Assembly (NCBI GenBank): GCA_022784805.1
Contig: JALFYG010000019.1
Span: 1-38,824 of the forward strand
Length of the DNA stretch: 38,824 bases
Origin: Spirochaetales bacterium
Lineage (GTDB): Bacteria; Spirochaetota; Spirochaetia; Sphaerochaetales; Sphaerochaetaceae
Direction: 5' to 3'
Position numbers and translations under genes: made by a program. Below, one piece after another: positions 18,162 to 27,811 of this stretch (the stretch's first letter is position 1; every line of letters begins with the position of its first letter). Below the pieces are notes generated by a model. It was not told the origin of the DNA, did not search any database, and was given only the letters and a program-made list of their open reading frames with translations.

Positions 18162-21155
18162 TCAAGTTATATAATTTACATCTTTATTGGGTTTTGTCAG
18201 TTCTTTATAAATAATGTTTGCAAGAGCACTCTTTATTGCACTGTATTTGGCATGATCTTCAAAGAGACTTGTATATGACTGCTGTGCTTCTGCATATCCA
18301 TCTTGAGCTGCATCATTAAAGTAACTATCAAACATACTGTTGTTGAACATCTGAGCGTCGTTATTCTTTGCCACATTTTTGAGCTTCTTGTTCTTTATAA
18401 GCCTATCGTGAAGATCTTGGATGACAACCTTGTCGCCATCAGTGAAATCACCTTTATATTTTTCATTTACTAGCTCAATAATCTCGTCCAAAGTCTTCTT
18501 TTCATCTTTGCCTTTTATGCCTAGTTTTGTCGAAGGCTGGATGGAAGCAGTTCCTTTGTCAAGATTGATTTGGCCTTCGAATGATTTCTTGAGTTGATAA
18601 TATTCAAGCTGAAGTTTATCTTCAAGATCAATGATTTCAACCGGATCGGTAGGGATGAGTCTCAACAGATTAGTGCAGAAAGCGTTCTCCTTTAACAGCA
18701 TCTCATCAAAGGTCCTACATACCTGAGATACAAATCCATACCACCTAGTAAACTTCCTGAGGTTACGGCGGAAGTTATATCTCTTATCCTCTTCCATATC
18801 GTTATATCTTTCGACAACAGGCTTGAGCACAGCAGAGATCTTTCCAGATTTTGCTTTCTTTTCAGCGTTATCATAATAAATAGAGGCCAATGAGATTACA
18901 TCATTGTCACTATATATTTTGTACTCTCTTAATTCATCTCTTACTTTATAGACAAGATCTACGTTAACTTCGCCATCAAGTATTGTTTCTTGGTAGAAAG
19001 GCTGAAACGCCTTCTGTATTTCTTCAACCTTGTTTATGAAGTCAAGGATGAAGGTGTCGTTCTTTCCTATGCAAGTTCTATTAAGGCGAGAAAGTGTTTG
19101 TACAGCCTTAATTCCCTTGAGTTTTTTGTCTACAATCATCGTGTGCAATAGAGGTTCATCGAAACCTGTCTGGAACTTCTCTGCAACCACTATCATGTTG
19201 AAGTTATTATGGAATTCTGCTGCAGTCTGGTTTTCCGATATATGGGTACCGTCAGGTCTCATATTGAGGGAGGACTCTGTCTGATCGTCTCCATTCTCGT
19301 CTTTTATTGCACCGGAAAAGGCCACCATAGACTTTACATCAAGTTGATATCCCTTCTCTTCAACATATCGTCTAATCTCCTTCACATATTTGACAGCAGC
19401 AGCCCTTGAAGATGTGACGACCATCATTTTGCCTTTACCACCAATCTTGTACCTTGTAGTGTCCATGAAGGTTTCAACGATAATCTGGGATTTCTGGGTT
19501 ATGTTGTATGCATGTAGACTCTGATACTTTGCGATGACTTTTGCAGCCCTACTTGATTTGAGAAGTGGGTTATCTGTCGTATTCTTTGCAATCTTAAAAC
19601 ATGTATCATATGTCATATAGTTCTGGAGAACATCAAGGATGAATCCTTCCTCAATGGCCTGCCTCATACTATATATATGGAAAGGTTTGTACCCTGATCC
19701 ATCAGTGCTTTGAGTGCCAAACAGTTCAAGTGTCTCAGGCTTAGGAGTAGCAGTAAAAGCAAAGAAACTAAGATTCTTGTGTTTCCCATGATTGATAATT
19801 TCTCTTACAATCGGGTCGTTTTCATCAATCTCATCTTCCTTTTTTCCTTCAATCTCTGCATATTCCTTGAAGGCATCCTCAGTATCTGCAAGGGCAGTTT
19901 TGAGCTTTATCGCAGATTCTCCTGTTTGGGAAGAATGGGCCTCATCCACGATGATGCCAAAGCATCTTCCCTTGACCTTGTCTACCTCTTGATAAATCAC
20001 TGGGAACTTCTGAAGGGTAGTAACAATGATCCTTACTCCTTCGTTGATAGCATCCCTTAGATCAGCAGAAGTCTTCTTGTTGTCAATAGTAGCAATGGTA
20101 CCTACTACATGATCAAAACCTGATACAGTAGCCTGAAGTTGGGCATCAAGGTTGCGCCTATCAGTGACGATGATGATAGAAGAGAATATAGGTTTGTTAT
20201 TGGAGTCGAAGAGAGAAGCCAATCTGAACGCAGTCCATGCGATGCTGTTGCTCTTTCCAGACCCTGCACTGTGTTGTATAAGATAGTTCTTGCCACTTCC
20301 GTTGGCCTTAACATCTGCAATTATATTCCTAACTACATCGAGCTGATGATATCTAGGAAAAATGAGATTCTTTTTTGAGTCAAGGTTAAGGAACTTCTGA
20401 AGAATGTCTAGCATGCTATCTTTAGTGAAGACTTCCTTCCATATATATGCTGTCTGATAGTCGTTGGGATTATTCGGGTTGCCGGCTCCTCCATCCCTTC
20501 CGGGACCGTTGGAACCTTGGTTGAAAGGTAGAAAGTATGTATCCTTACCTGCAAGCTTAGTGGTCATACAGGCTACAAGCTGATCTATGCAGAAGAATGC
20601 CAGGATCCTTGAGTTGAAACGGAAACACAGTTCTCTTGGGTCTCTGTCATACATCCACTGTTTCTTTGCATTATCGATGCACTGTCCTGTAAACTGGTTC
20701 TTTAGTTCAAAGGCGAAGACAGGAATACCGTTTACAGCAATCATCAGATCCACTGAATTCTTTGTATCAGAGGAGTAGTACCACTGACGGTAACACTCGG
20801 CAACATTCTTTTCATACATTTCTGCGTCGAGCTGGTTTAGCTCTGATTCGGGTTTAAAATAACAGACTTTAAATGAGCATCCACGATATGTGAAACCCTT
20901 CCTAAGAACGGAGAGGAGGCCATTGGTTTCAACAGCAGTACAGAAAGCCATTATAAACTTCATTCTTGTGTTATCAGGATTTTGTATCTCGAACTTGTGC
21001 CACATCTTTGGCTGGGTATCTTGAATGAATTTGATGAGAACATCTTCATAGAGGGCGGTCTTTGGATTATATTTGGCGGTGCCTTTGGAGTAGCCGCCGT
21101 CAGTAAGCATCGAAGCCTCTATATCTGTTTCCAATTGTTTCTCTGTAAGGCTCAT
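18162..21155 (-). CDS. hsdR: Type I restriction enzyme, R subunit
   Basis: 997 aa. N-terminal PD-(D/E)XK nuclease (D...FELK). SF2 helicase motifs SAGSGKSN, VDEAHSSQ, QTLSRLNR. ATGA overlap with hsdS. Confidence 0.95.
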   Translation of the reverse strand: MSLTEKQLETDIEASMLTDGGYSKGTAKYNPKTALYEDVLIKFIQDTQPKMWHKFEIQNPDNTRMKFIMAFCTAVETNGLLSVLRKGFTYRGCSFKVCYFKPESELNQLDAEMYEKNVAECYRQWYYSSDTKNSVDLMIAVNGIPVFAFELKNQFTGQCIDNAKKQWMYDRDPRELCFRFNSRILAFFCIDQLVACMTTKLAGKDTYFLPFNQGSNGPGRDGGAGNPNNPNDYQTAYIWKEVFTKDSMLDILQKFLNLDSKKNLIFPRYHQLDVVRNIIADVKANGSGKNYLIQHSAGSGKSNSIAWTAFRLASLFDSNNKPIFSSIIIVTDRRNLDAQLQATVSGFDHVVGTIATIDNKKTSADLRDAINEGVRIIVTTLQKFPVIYQEVDKVKGRCFGIIVDEAHSSQTGESAIKLKTALADTEDAFKEYAEIEGKKEDEIDENDPIVREIINHGKHKNLSFFAFTATPKPETLELFGTQSTDGSGYKPFHIYSMRQAIEEGFILDVLQNYMTYDTCFKIAKNTTDNPLLKSSRAAKVIAKYQSLHAYNITQKSQIIVETFMDTTRYKIGGKGKMMVVTSSRAAAVKYVKEIRRYVEEKGYQLDVKSMVAFSGAIKDENGDDQTESSLNMRPDGTHISENQTAAEFHNNFNMIVVAEKFQTGFDEPLLHTMIVDKKLKGIKAVQTLSRLNRTCIGKNDTFILDFINKVEEIQKAFQPFYQETILDGEVNVDLVYKVRDELREYKIYSDNDVISLASIYYDNAEKKAKSGKISAVLKPVVERYNDMEEDKRYNFRRNLRKFTRWYGFVSQVCRTFDEMLLKENAFCTNLLRLIPTDPVEIIDLEDKLQLEYYQLKKSFEGQINLDKGTASIQPSTKLGIKGKDEKKTLDEIIELVNEKYKGDFTDGDKVVIQDLHDRLIKNKKLKNVAKNNDAQMFNNSMFDSYFNDAAQDGYAEAQQSYTSLFEDHAKYSAIKSALANIIYKELTKPNKDVNYIT

Positions 21156-22525
21156 ACAGCAGGCACCTCCTTCTTTCCTGTAACATACTCAAATATCAAG
21201 GACTTGCGGTAAGCTGTCAACTCTTCGATGAGCTTTTCCTTTGACTTGATGAGAGATTCGATTTCGGAGCATCTAGTATCAAGATAATCAGCTATCTTCT
21301 GTTGTTCATCCATTGGAGGGATTAGTATGGGCATATTTTTCAGTAATGTTTGTCCCAAAGAAGCCCTAGTTACTAAGTTCATCTCTTTTGAGAAATATCG
21401 TCTATGTATGTCACTTCTAAAATAGTAAGAAGAATACTTCTCGTTCAGTTCCTTATTAATTGGTCTAACGCGAATTAAAAATCCAGCAAATGTCGCATCA
21501 GGTATTGTTTCAAGACAAACAGATGAAAATCCGATTTCTTCAATTGTTTCAGATGTTCTTGTAAAGAAGATATCTCCTTTTTCAACAGAATACAAAGAAC
21601 GTTCTTTCTGTGTGCTGTCTATTATCTCAGAAGGAATTGGCAAGTTAATATTTTTGTATACATCAGAATAGCTGACAAAAGGATATCCTTTTGTCCCAAA
21701 GGATTCTGCTCCTTTACTGATGCCATTTTGACAAGAACCAAAAAATCTAAGTTTTTTCACCCCCCATTTTGAGGGGATAGTACCAAGATAGCCAGTGCGA
21801 CTATCCTTCATCTCCACACCCGGATCCAATCCCTTTGTGACAGCTTCCGTGATGATAACCTGTCTCAGCTTCCTGTACTCTTCAATCGATGCCTTTGTAG
21901 CCTCAATGGCCTTGTCAATTTCAGCACACTTGGAGTCAAGGAAAGAGGCGATACGATTTTGATTAGTAAGGGACATCATAGGTAACCATAAGTTCCCTAT
22001 CATTTCACTATTTATATTACCCAACCCAGAAGTAGAGTTCTGTAAATAAACGAATTGGGATCTAGCAACACTAGAATTAAGTATATACCACAATAGTTTA
22101 GAAGAATATCTTTCAGATACCCTTATCCTTCCAAGAAAGTTTGAATAGAAGAATTTTTGTTTAGCAATTTCTTGAGTTACAAGTGTTGTTTTCCCTATAT
22201 GATCATTACTGCCACTTGATTTCGTGATAAGTAAATCATTTTCTTGTACTGCATATTTTGATAACGATGGAATTGATGATAAATCTCTCTCAGCAGGTAC
22301 AGAAATATTCCATTGACCGTCAACCGTTTGCTCTGTTGAGCGTAATACTTTATATGTTTCTATACCGGGAATAGGATCATCGCCCCAAACACCATTATCA
22401 ATACTTTTAACTATTTTTTTTACTTTAACAACATTCCAATCGACGGGAATCTCCCCAATCCACTCAATCCCGCTGTCCTTCATTTCTCTTACCATATCAC
22501 TCACCGTCCTTTGCGATAGTTTCAA
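21152..22525 (-). CDS. hsdS: Type I restriction-modification specificity subunit
   Basis: Two target-recognition domains are separated by conserved helical repeats (LDSKCAEIDKAIEATKASIEEYRKL and LDTRCSEIESLIKSKEKLIEELTAYRKSL). The first ATG overlaps hsdM by 29 nt. An alternative ATG at 22495 lies 1 nt after the hsdM stop. Confidence 0.9.
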   Translation of the reverse strand: MKLSQRTVSDMVREMKDSGIEWIGEIPVDWNVVKVKKIVKSIDNGVWGDDPIPGIETYKVLRSTEQTVDGQWNISVPAERDLSSIPSLSKYAVQENDLLITKSSGSNDHIGKTTLVTQEIAKQKFFYSNFLGRIRVSERYSSKLLWYILNSSVARSQFVYLQNSTSGLGNINSEMIGNLWLPMMSLTNQNRIASFLDSKCAEIDKAIEATKASIEEYRKLRQVIITEAVTKGLDPGVEMKDSRTGYLGTIPSKWGVKKLRFFGSCQNGISKGAESFGTKGYPFVSYSDVYKNINLPIPSEIIDSTQKERSLYSVEKGDIFFTRTSETIEEIGFSSVCLETIPDATFAGFLIRVRPINKELNEKYSSYYFRSDIHRRYFSKEMNLVTRASLGQTLLKNMPILIPPMDEQQKIADYLDTRCSEIESLIKSKEKLIEELTAYRKSLIFEYVTGKKEVPAV

Positions 22526-24254
22526 GAACCTTGGCGATATCCGCTTCTAGGACACGTATCCTTGCCATGATGGCGTCTGAGGATTCAGGCTTCTGGTAGC
22601 GGTAGAAGTATCTTGTCATCGGAATCTCATATCCGATCTTTGTCTTTGACTTGTCGATCCATGCATCTGGAGCGTAAGGGAGCACCTCTCTCCTGAAGTA
22701 TTCGTCGACGTCTTCCTTGAGAGGGACGTTCTCATAGTCCCTGAGGGAAGAGTCCGCAACAGGCTTGCCTTTCTTGAAGACTGGGTTCCCGTTCTCATCA
22801 AGAGTAGGACGTTCAACAGTAATACGTCTGTAGCCGAAGTCATCGTTATCGAAGATCTTACTTTCGCAGTAGATGCCGTTTTCATCGCCGTAGATGCCTT
22901 CAGAGAAATCGCCGTATGCCTTGATGATGAGTCCTCGGCACCTGTCTGTTATGTCGTTTCTCTTTGTACCGATGCTCTTTCTTCTTGGCTCCGCACAATG
23001 AGAAGCGTCAATGAGCTGTACTTTGCCGATCCTGTCATCAGGCTTATCTTTGTTGATGACCCAGATGTATGTACTTATGCCGGTGTTCATGAAAGCATCT
23101 GTGCTGAGCTGGACGATGGCCTCAAGCCAGTCGTTCTCAATGATGTAGCGTCTGATCTCAGAAGGACCGCTTCCTGCATCTCCGCTGAAGAGAGGGGAAC
23201 CGTTCTGGATGATCGCCATCTTTCCGTCATCTGCAAGCTTTGCAATTCCATTGAGGACAAAGAGCTGCTGGCCGTCGCTTATCTTCGGGAGTCCAGGTGC
23301 AAATCTGCCTGCTTCACCTTTCTTTGATTCTGCAATGACACTGTCCTTTTCTTTTTCCCATGGAATGCCGAAGGGTGGGTTGGAGATGATTCTATTAAAC
23401 TTATATCCTTTAAACTGGTCATCAGATAAAGTATCTCCGAACCTCATGTTGTTTGGATCTCCTCCTCTGATCATCATGTCAGCTTTGGCAATGGCAAAAG
23501 TAGGAGGGTATATTTCTTGTCCAAACAAAGTGATCTCAATGTCTTTGGAAAGCTCCTTTGCTCTCTCCTCCATGCATGAAAGCATTTGGGAGGTTCCCAT
23601 AGCCATATCATAGACTGTCATAGACTCTGTCTTAGTAAAATCGATGTCGCTAAGAAGAATATCTGTCATGAGATATATTATGTCGCGGGAAGTGAAGTGT
23701 GCACCGGCATTATCACCAAAAGATTCCGAGAATCGTCTTACAAGCTCTTCAAAAATATATCCGCAGTCAACTGTGGATATCTTATCTGGGCCAAGATATC
23801 CCTTGGGGCCTTCAAACTCCTTGATGGTTACATAGAGAGTATTGCTTTCAACAAGCCTTTTTAATGTTGCCTCGAACTCAAATCTGGATAGTATTTCCTG
23901 TACGTTTGGGGAGAACCCTCCTATGTAGTCACGGAAGTTGGATTCAATGTTGGAAGGATCAGCAATAAGGGTTTCAAAGGTGAACTTCGAAGTATTGTAG
24001 AACTGATAGCCAGAGGCTTTTCTCAAAAAGCCATCGATAACTTCAAGGTGTTTTACTTTTTCATATTGTGCAAGTACGGCGTCCCTTGTAGGGAGGAGAC
24101 AGTCATGAAAACGCTTGATCACAGTCATCGGAAGAATAACAAGGCCATACTCATGGGGTTTGAATGGCCCGACAAGGCCATCAGCCACATTCCAGATCAT
24201 TGAAGCTTTTTCCGATATATTTGTCCCTACTACGTTGAATCTATCTTTATCCAT
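22497..24254 (-). CDS. hsdM: Type I restriction-modification N6-adenine DNA methyltransferase subunit
   Basis: 585 aa. Catalytic motif IV NPPF (IISNPPFG), an AdoMet-binding-like VYDMAMGTSQML, and an HsdM-N-like N-terminus. Confidence 0.93.
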   Translation of the reverse strand: MDKDRFNVVGTNISEKASMIWNVADGLVGPFKPHEYGLVILPMTVIKRFHDCLLPTRDAVLAQYEKVKHLEVIDGFLRKASGYQFYNTSKFTFETLIADPSNIESNFRDYIGGFSPNVQEILSRFEFEATLKRLVESNTLYVTIKEFEGPKGYLGPDKISTVDCGYIFEELVRRFSESFGDNAGAHFTSRDIIYLMTDILLSDIDFTKTESMTVYDMAMGTSQMLSCMEERAKELSKDIEITLFGQEIYPPTFAIAKADMMIRGGDPNNMRFGDTLSDDQFKGYKFNRIISNPPFGIPWEKEKDSVIAESKKGEAGRFAPGLPKISDGQQLFVLNGIAKLADDGKMAIIQNGSPLFSGDAGSGPSEIRRYIIENDWLEAIVQLSTDAFMNTGISTYIWVINKDKPDDRIGKVQLIDASHCAEPRRKSIGTKRNDITDRCRGLIIKAYGDFSEGIYGDENGIYCESKIFDNDDFGYRRITVERPTLDENGNPVFKKGKPVADSSLRDYENVPLKEDVDEYFRREVLPYAPDAWIDKSKTKIGYEIPMTRYFYRYQKPESSDAIMARIRVLEADIAKVLETIAKDGE

Positions 24255-24593
24255 ATAATTGAGTTGTCCCCCGCTGCATTTCGTATATACGTGTATATTT
24301 TATATAGTATAGCACAGGCGAGAAAAACAAAGCATACATGGAAGTATTTTGAAGCTTTACTCCATCTTTACTTTTATTAACCAAACACACAGAACAACAA
24401 TGTTGTCATATTATGTAGGTTCAACTATGAAAGCATTTCAAAGCTAATAATGTAATATATCCATATACACTTATTCTGCCAGTCTTTAACCTTTTTCTGT
24501 TTTCCTTTAAAAGTATGGTCTATTATTTCTATTAGTATTATTTTCTTCGAGGTCTTGTTTGTACCTTAGAGCATGGTTCATAGGAGGTAGTAA

Positions 24594-26768
24594 ATGGATA
24601 ATCAGTTTCAATGGGTGGATTTCTATAAGGAGTTTGCATCAAAGCTGTTGTCTTATAAAGACAATCGAACAGCTCTGAGTGAAAAGGTTAAAGCCATATA
24701 CATGAATACAAACATTAATATGCCTACTCTTGAAAGAGGAAATAATATAGTAGACATAGACCCTTTCACTGTGTTTGGACTGTTTAATAAAAGTTCTATG
24801 AAGGAAGAGAATAGGATAAGAATCATAAGTGAAATAAAGAATCTTTTCTCTGTAAACGAGGCAGTACCAACCTCTTTTGATAGTATTCCTGTACTCAATA
24901 ACCAGAATGCCATCTTCTATTATTTCATAGGTGAACGAGGAGCTGATGATATCAATGAGCTCTGGAGTCTCTTTGAATCAGCTCTAATATATGCCTCTAA
25001 CCCCAATGAAGAGAATAAAAGAATCATATCTCTTTATTTTGATAAAGCAATCAATAAGAAGGGAAATGGAAGCAGTAAGATTACTATGGGCCTTTATTGG
25101 ATTGATCCAGACTCCTTCCTTAACTTAGATAGTCGTAATGAATGGTATATCTATAAATCCGGTCAACTTTCAGAAGATGTTGTAGCTACATTACCCAAGA
25201 TGGAGGCAAAGATCTCTGCTGAAGTTTATTTTTGTATCGTTGAAAAACTACGTTTGTTTCTCCATAGCGAAGGCAGTACCCTAAAAAACTTCAAGGAACT
25301 TTCATTTGAAGCATGGAAATATTCTAATAAAGTCAACGATGAAATAAAGGCGGCAAATAAGGAAAGAAATGAACGAGCTTCAAAAGGGGCAGGGCTGGCA
25401 GATGAAGATGTGGATACTCAACGTTACTGGCTTTATTCCCCTGGAGACGGGGCCACAAAATGGGAAGAGTTCTATGCTCTAGGTGTAATGGGCATAGGGT
25501 GGAAGAGAATAGGAGATCTTACCCAGTACTCAACGAAAGAAGAAATGAAGAATGCTCTGAAGGAAAACTATGATTCCTCAACATCATTCAAGAATGCAGC
25601 ACACTTAACATGGCAGTTTGTCAATGAAATGAAGTCTGGAGATATAGTTTTCGTAAAGAAAGGCTTGTACCAAATTGCTGGAAAGGGAATTGTAACTTCT
25701 GATTACTACTATGATCCTGATATTGATGGAGAATATCCGAATCTAAGAAAAGTAAAATGGACTAATAAAGGGGAATGGCCTCATCCTGGCCAGGCTGTAC
25801 TGAAAACACTGACAGACATAACACCTTATACAGATTATGTGGCACAGCTCAACGCATTGTTTAATGACGATGAAAGTGTTACTGAAACAGAAGAAGCCGA
25901 GCAGAGATTTCCGCTGTACACAAAACAAGACTTCTTGGATCAGGTGTATATGGATGAGAATAGTTACAACACTCTCGTGGACCTTGTTCGTATCAAGAAG
26001 AATGTCATACTTCAAGGAGCCCCTGGGGTAGGTAAGACATATTGTGCAAAGCGCCTTGCCTATTCAATGATGGGAGTGAAGGATCAAGATAGGGTCATGA
26101 TGGTTCAGTTCCATCAGAGTTATACATATGAGGACTTCATCGAAGGGTTCCGTCCATCAAGTGGCGGGGTTGGATTTGAAATCAAGAAAGGTTCCTTTTA
26201 TAACTTCTGTAAAAAAGCATCTGATGATCAAGACAATGAGTATTTCTTTATCATCGATGAAATTAATAGAGGTAATCTTAGCAAGATATTTGGTGAACTC
26301 TTTATGCTTATTGAAAATGATAAGCGTGGTAATGCCTTACAGCTTCTCTATTCTGACGAGAAGTTCTACGTGCCGTCAAATGTAATGATTATAGGCATGA
26401 TGAACACTGCAGATAGAAGTTTGGCCATGCTTGATTATGCATTGAGACGTCGTTTTGCTTTCTTTAGTATCACTCCGGGGTTTAGGTCTGAAGGCTTCAG
26501 AAAATATCGAGATAGTCTCAATGACAGTCGTTTTAATAATCTAATATCCCGCATTGAAGAGCTTAATGATGTCATCATCTCTGATGTTTCCCTTGGAGAA
26601 GGTTTCTGTATAGGTCATAGCTATTTCTGCAATATTGAGTCAATAACAGATAGAACTCTATCTAATATCGTCGAATATGAAATCATCCCGCTTCTTAATG
26701 AGTATTGGTATGATGATATAGCAAAGGCAAGAGAGTGGTCCGATAAGCTGAGAGGATCTATCAAGTGA
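24594..26768 (+). CDS. mcrB: McrB-like AAA+ GTPase with a long two-module N-terminal extension (type IV restriction, specificity subunit)
   Basis: 724 aa. Walker A GAPGVGKT (aa 475-482), Walker B FFIIDEINRGN (aa 551-561), McrB signature MNTADRS (aa 603-609). SD AGGAGG 24583-24588. Confidence 0.85.
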   Translation: MDNQFQWVDFYKEFASKLLSYKDNRTALSEKVKAIYMNTNINMPTLERGNNIVDIDPFTVFGLFNKSSMKEENRIRIISEIKNLFSVNEAVPTSFDSIPVLNNQNAIFYYFIGERGADDINELWSLFESALIYASNPNEENKRIISLYFDKAINKKGNGSSKITMGLYWIDPDSFLNLDSRNEWYIYKSGQLSEDVVATLPKMEAKISAEVYFCIVEKLRLFLHSEGSTLKNFKELSFEAWKYSNKVNDEIKAANKERNERASKGAGLADEDVDTQRYWLYSPGDGATKWEEFYALGVMGIGWKRIGDLTQYSTKEEMKNALKENYDSSTSFKNAAHLTWQFVNEMKSGDIVFVKKGLYQIAGKGIVTSDYYYDPDIDGEYPNLRKVKWTNKGEWPHPGQAVLKTLTDITPYTDYVAQLNALFNDDESVTETEEAEQRFPLYTKQDFLDQVYMDENSYNTLVDLVRIKKNVILQGAPGVGKTYCAKRLAYSMMGVKDQDRVMMVQFHQSYTYEDFIEGFRPSSGGVGFEIKKGSFYNFCKKASDDQDNEYFFIIDEINRGNLSKIFGELFMLIENDKRGNALQLLYSDEKFYVPSNVMIIGMMNTADRSLAMLDYALRRRFAFFSITPGFRSEGFRKYRDSLNDSRFNNLISRIEELNDVIISDVSLGEGFCIGHSYFCNIESITDRTLSNIVEYEIIPLLNEYWYDDIAKAREWSDKLRGSIK

Positions 26769-27811
26769 TAAAGATCCAAAACATCTACTACATGCTTTCT
26801 TATGCTTTCCAATCCCTGAGGGAACAGGGATATAAGGATGTTGCCACAGAAGAGTTTAGCAATGTAGCTGATCTTTGTTCAGAAATTTTAATAAGAGGTG
26901 TTACTCTCCAGATAAAGCAAGGACTAGGAAGAGAATATATTTCCTACACAGAAAGGTTATCTAGTATTAGAGGGAAAATAGACATCTCCCAATCTATTAA
27001 GACCCAATCTATGCTTAGAAAACAGATGGTCTGTACTTATGATGACTTATCTACAAACACATACATGAACCGGATCATAAAGACGACAATGTGTAAGCTA
27101 TTATACGCTGACATAAATAAGACAAGGAAGAAAGAAATCAAGAGGCTTTTGGCATTCTTCTCTGATGTCGATGAACTGGAAATACATACAATCAATTGGA
27201 AGCAGTATTATTACCGCAACAACCAAACTTATCAGATGCTTATTTCTATTTGCTATCTTATTATAAAGGGCCTTATCCAGACTACATCAAATGGGAAAAC
27301 ACGAATAATGGATTATTTTGATGAGCAGCGTATGTGCCACTTATATGAGAAGTTTATCCTTGAATACTACAGATCTGTATTTCCTATGATTAAGACTGAG
27401 GCATCAGAGATAAAGTGGATACTTGATGATGACAACAGTTTTATGCTTCCAACGATGAAAAGCGATATAACGCTTTCTTATGGAAACAAAATCCTCATCA
27501 TAGATGCAAAGTACTATGACCATATAACACAGGTCCATTTTGATAAGCATACCATTCACTCAGGCAATCTCTATCAGATTTTTACTTATGTAAAGAACAA
27601 AGAAGCGGAAGTGAAGGGAAGGGGGATGGAAGTCTCTGGTTTGCTGCTTTATGCAAAAACAGATGAAGCGATTATCCCTGACAATGAATATAAAATGAGT
27701 GGCAATACCATAAGTGTAAAGACCCTTGATTTAAGCGTTGACTTTTCAAAGATTGAGGAGCAACTGCATAGAATCGTTAAAGGCTTCTTTGTGAGTATTC
27801 CGCAAAAATGA
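26765..27811 (+). CDS. mcrC: McrC-like PD-(D/E)XK nuclease subunit
   Basis: 348 aa. GTG start in a GTGA overlap with mcrB-like. Nuclease motif SDI...ILIIDAKYY followed by LYQIFTY. Confidence 0.85.
   Translation: MIKIQNIYYMLSYAFQSLREQGYKDVATEEFSNVADLCSEILIRGVTLQIKQGLGREYISYTERLSSIRGKIDISQSIKTQSMLRKQMVCTYDDLSTNTYMNRIIKTTMCKLLYADINKTRKKEIKRLLAFFSDVDELEIHTINWKQYYYRNNQTYQMLISICYLIIKGLIQTTSNGKTRIMDYFDEQRMCHLYEKFILEYYRSVFPMIKTEASEIKWILDDDNSFMLPTMKSDITLSYGNKILIIDAKYYDHITQVHFDKHTIHSGNLYQIFTYVKNKEAEVKGRGMEVSGLLLYAKTDEAIIPDNEYKMSGNTISVKTLDLSVDFSKIEEQLHRIVKGFFVSIPQK

Noticed and set aside
24283-24298. GTATATAC palindrome followed by GTGTATAT in the hsdM/mcrB-like divergent intergenic region, considered as a controller (C-protein) box
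   Set aside because: It is only 8 bp in very AT-rich DNA, and the island contains no C-protein gene.
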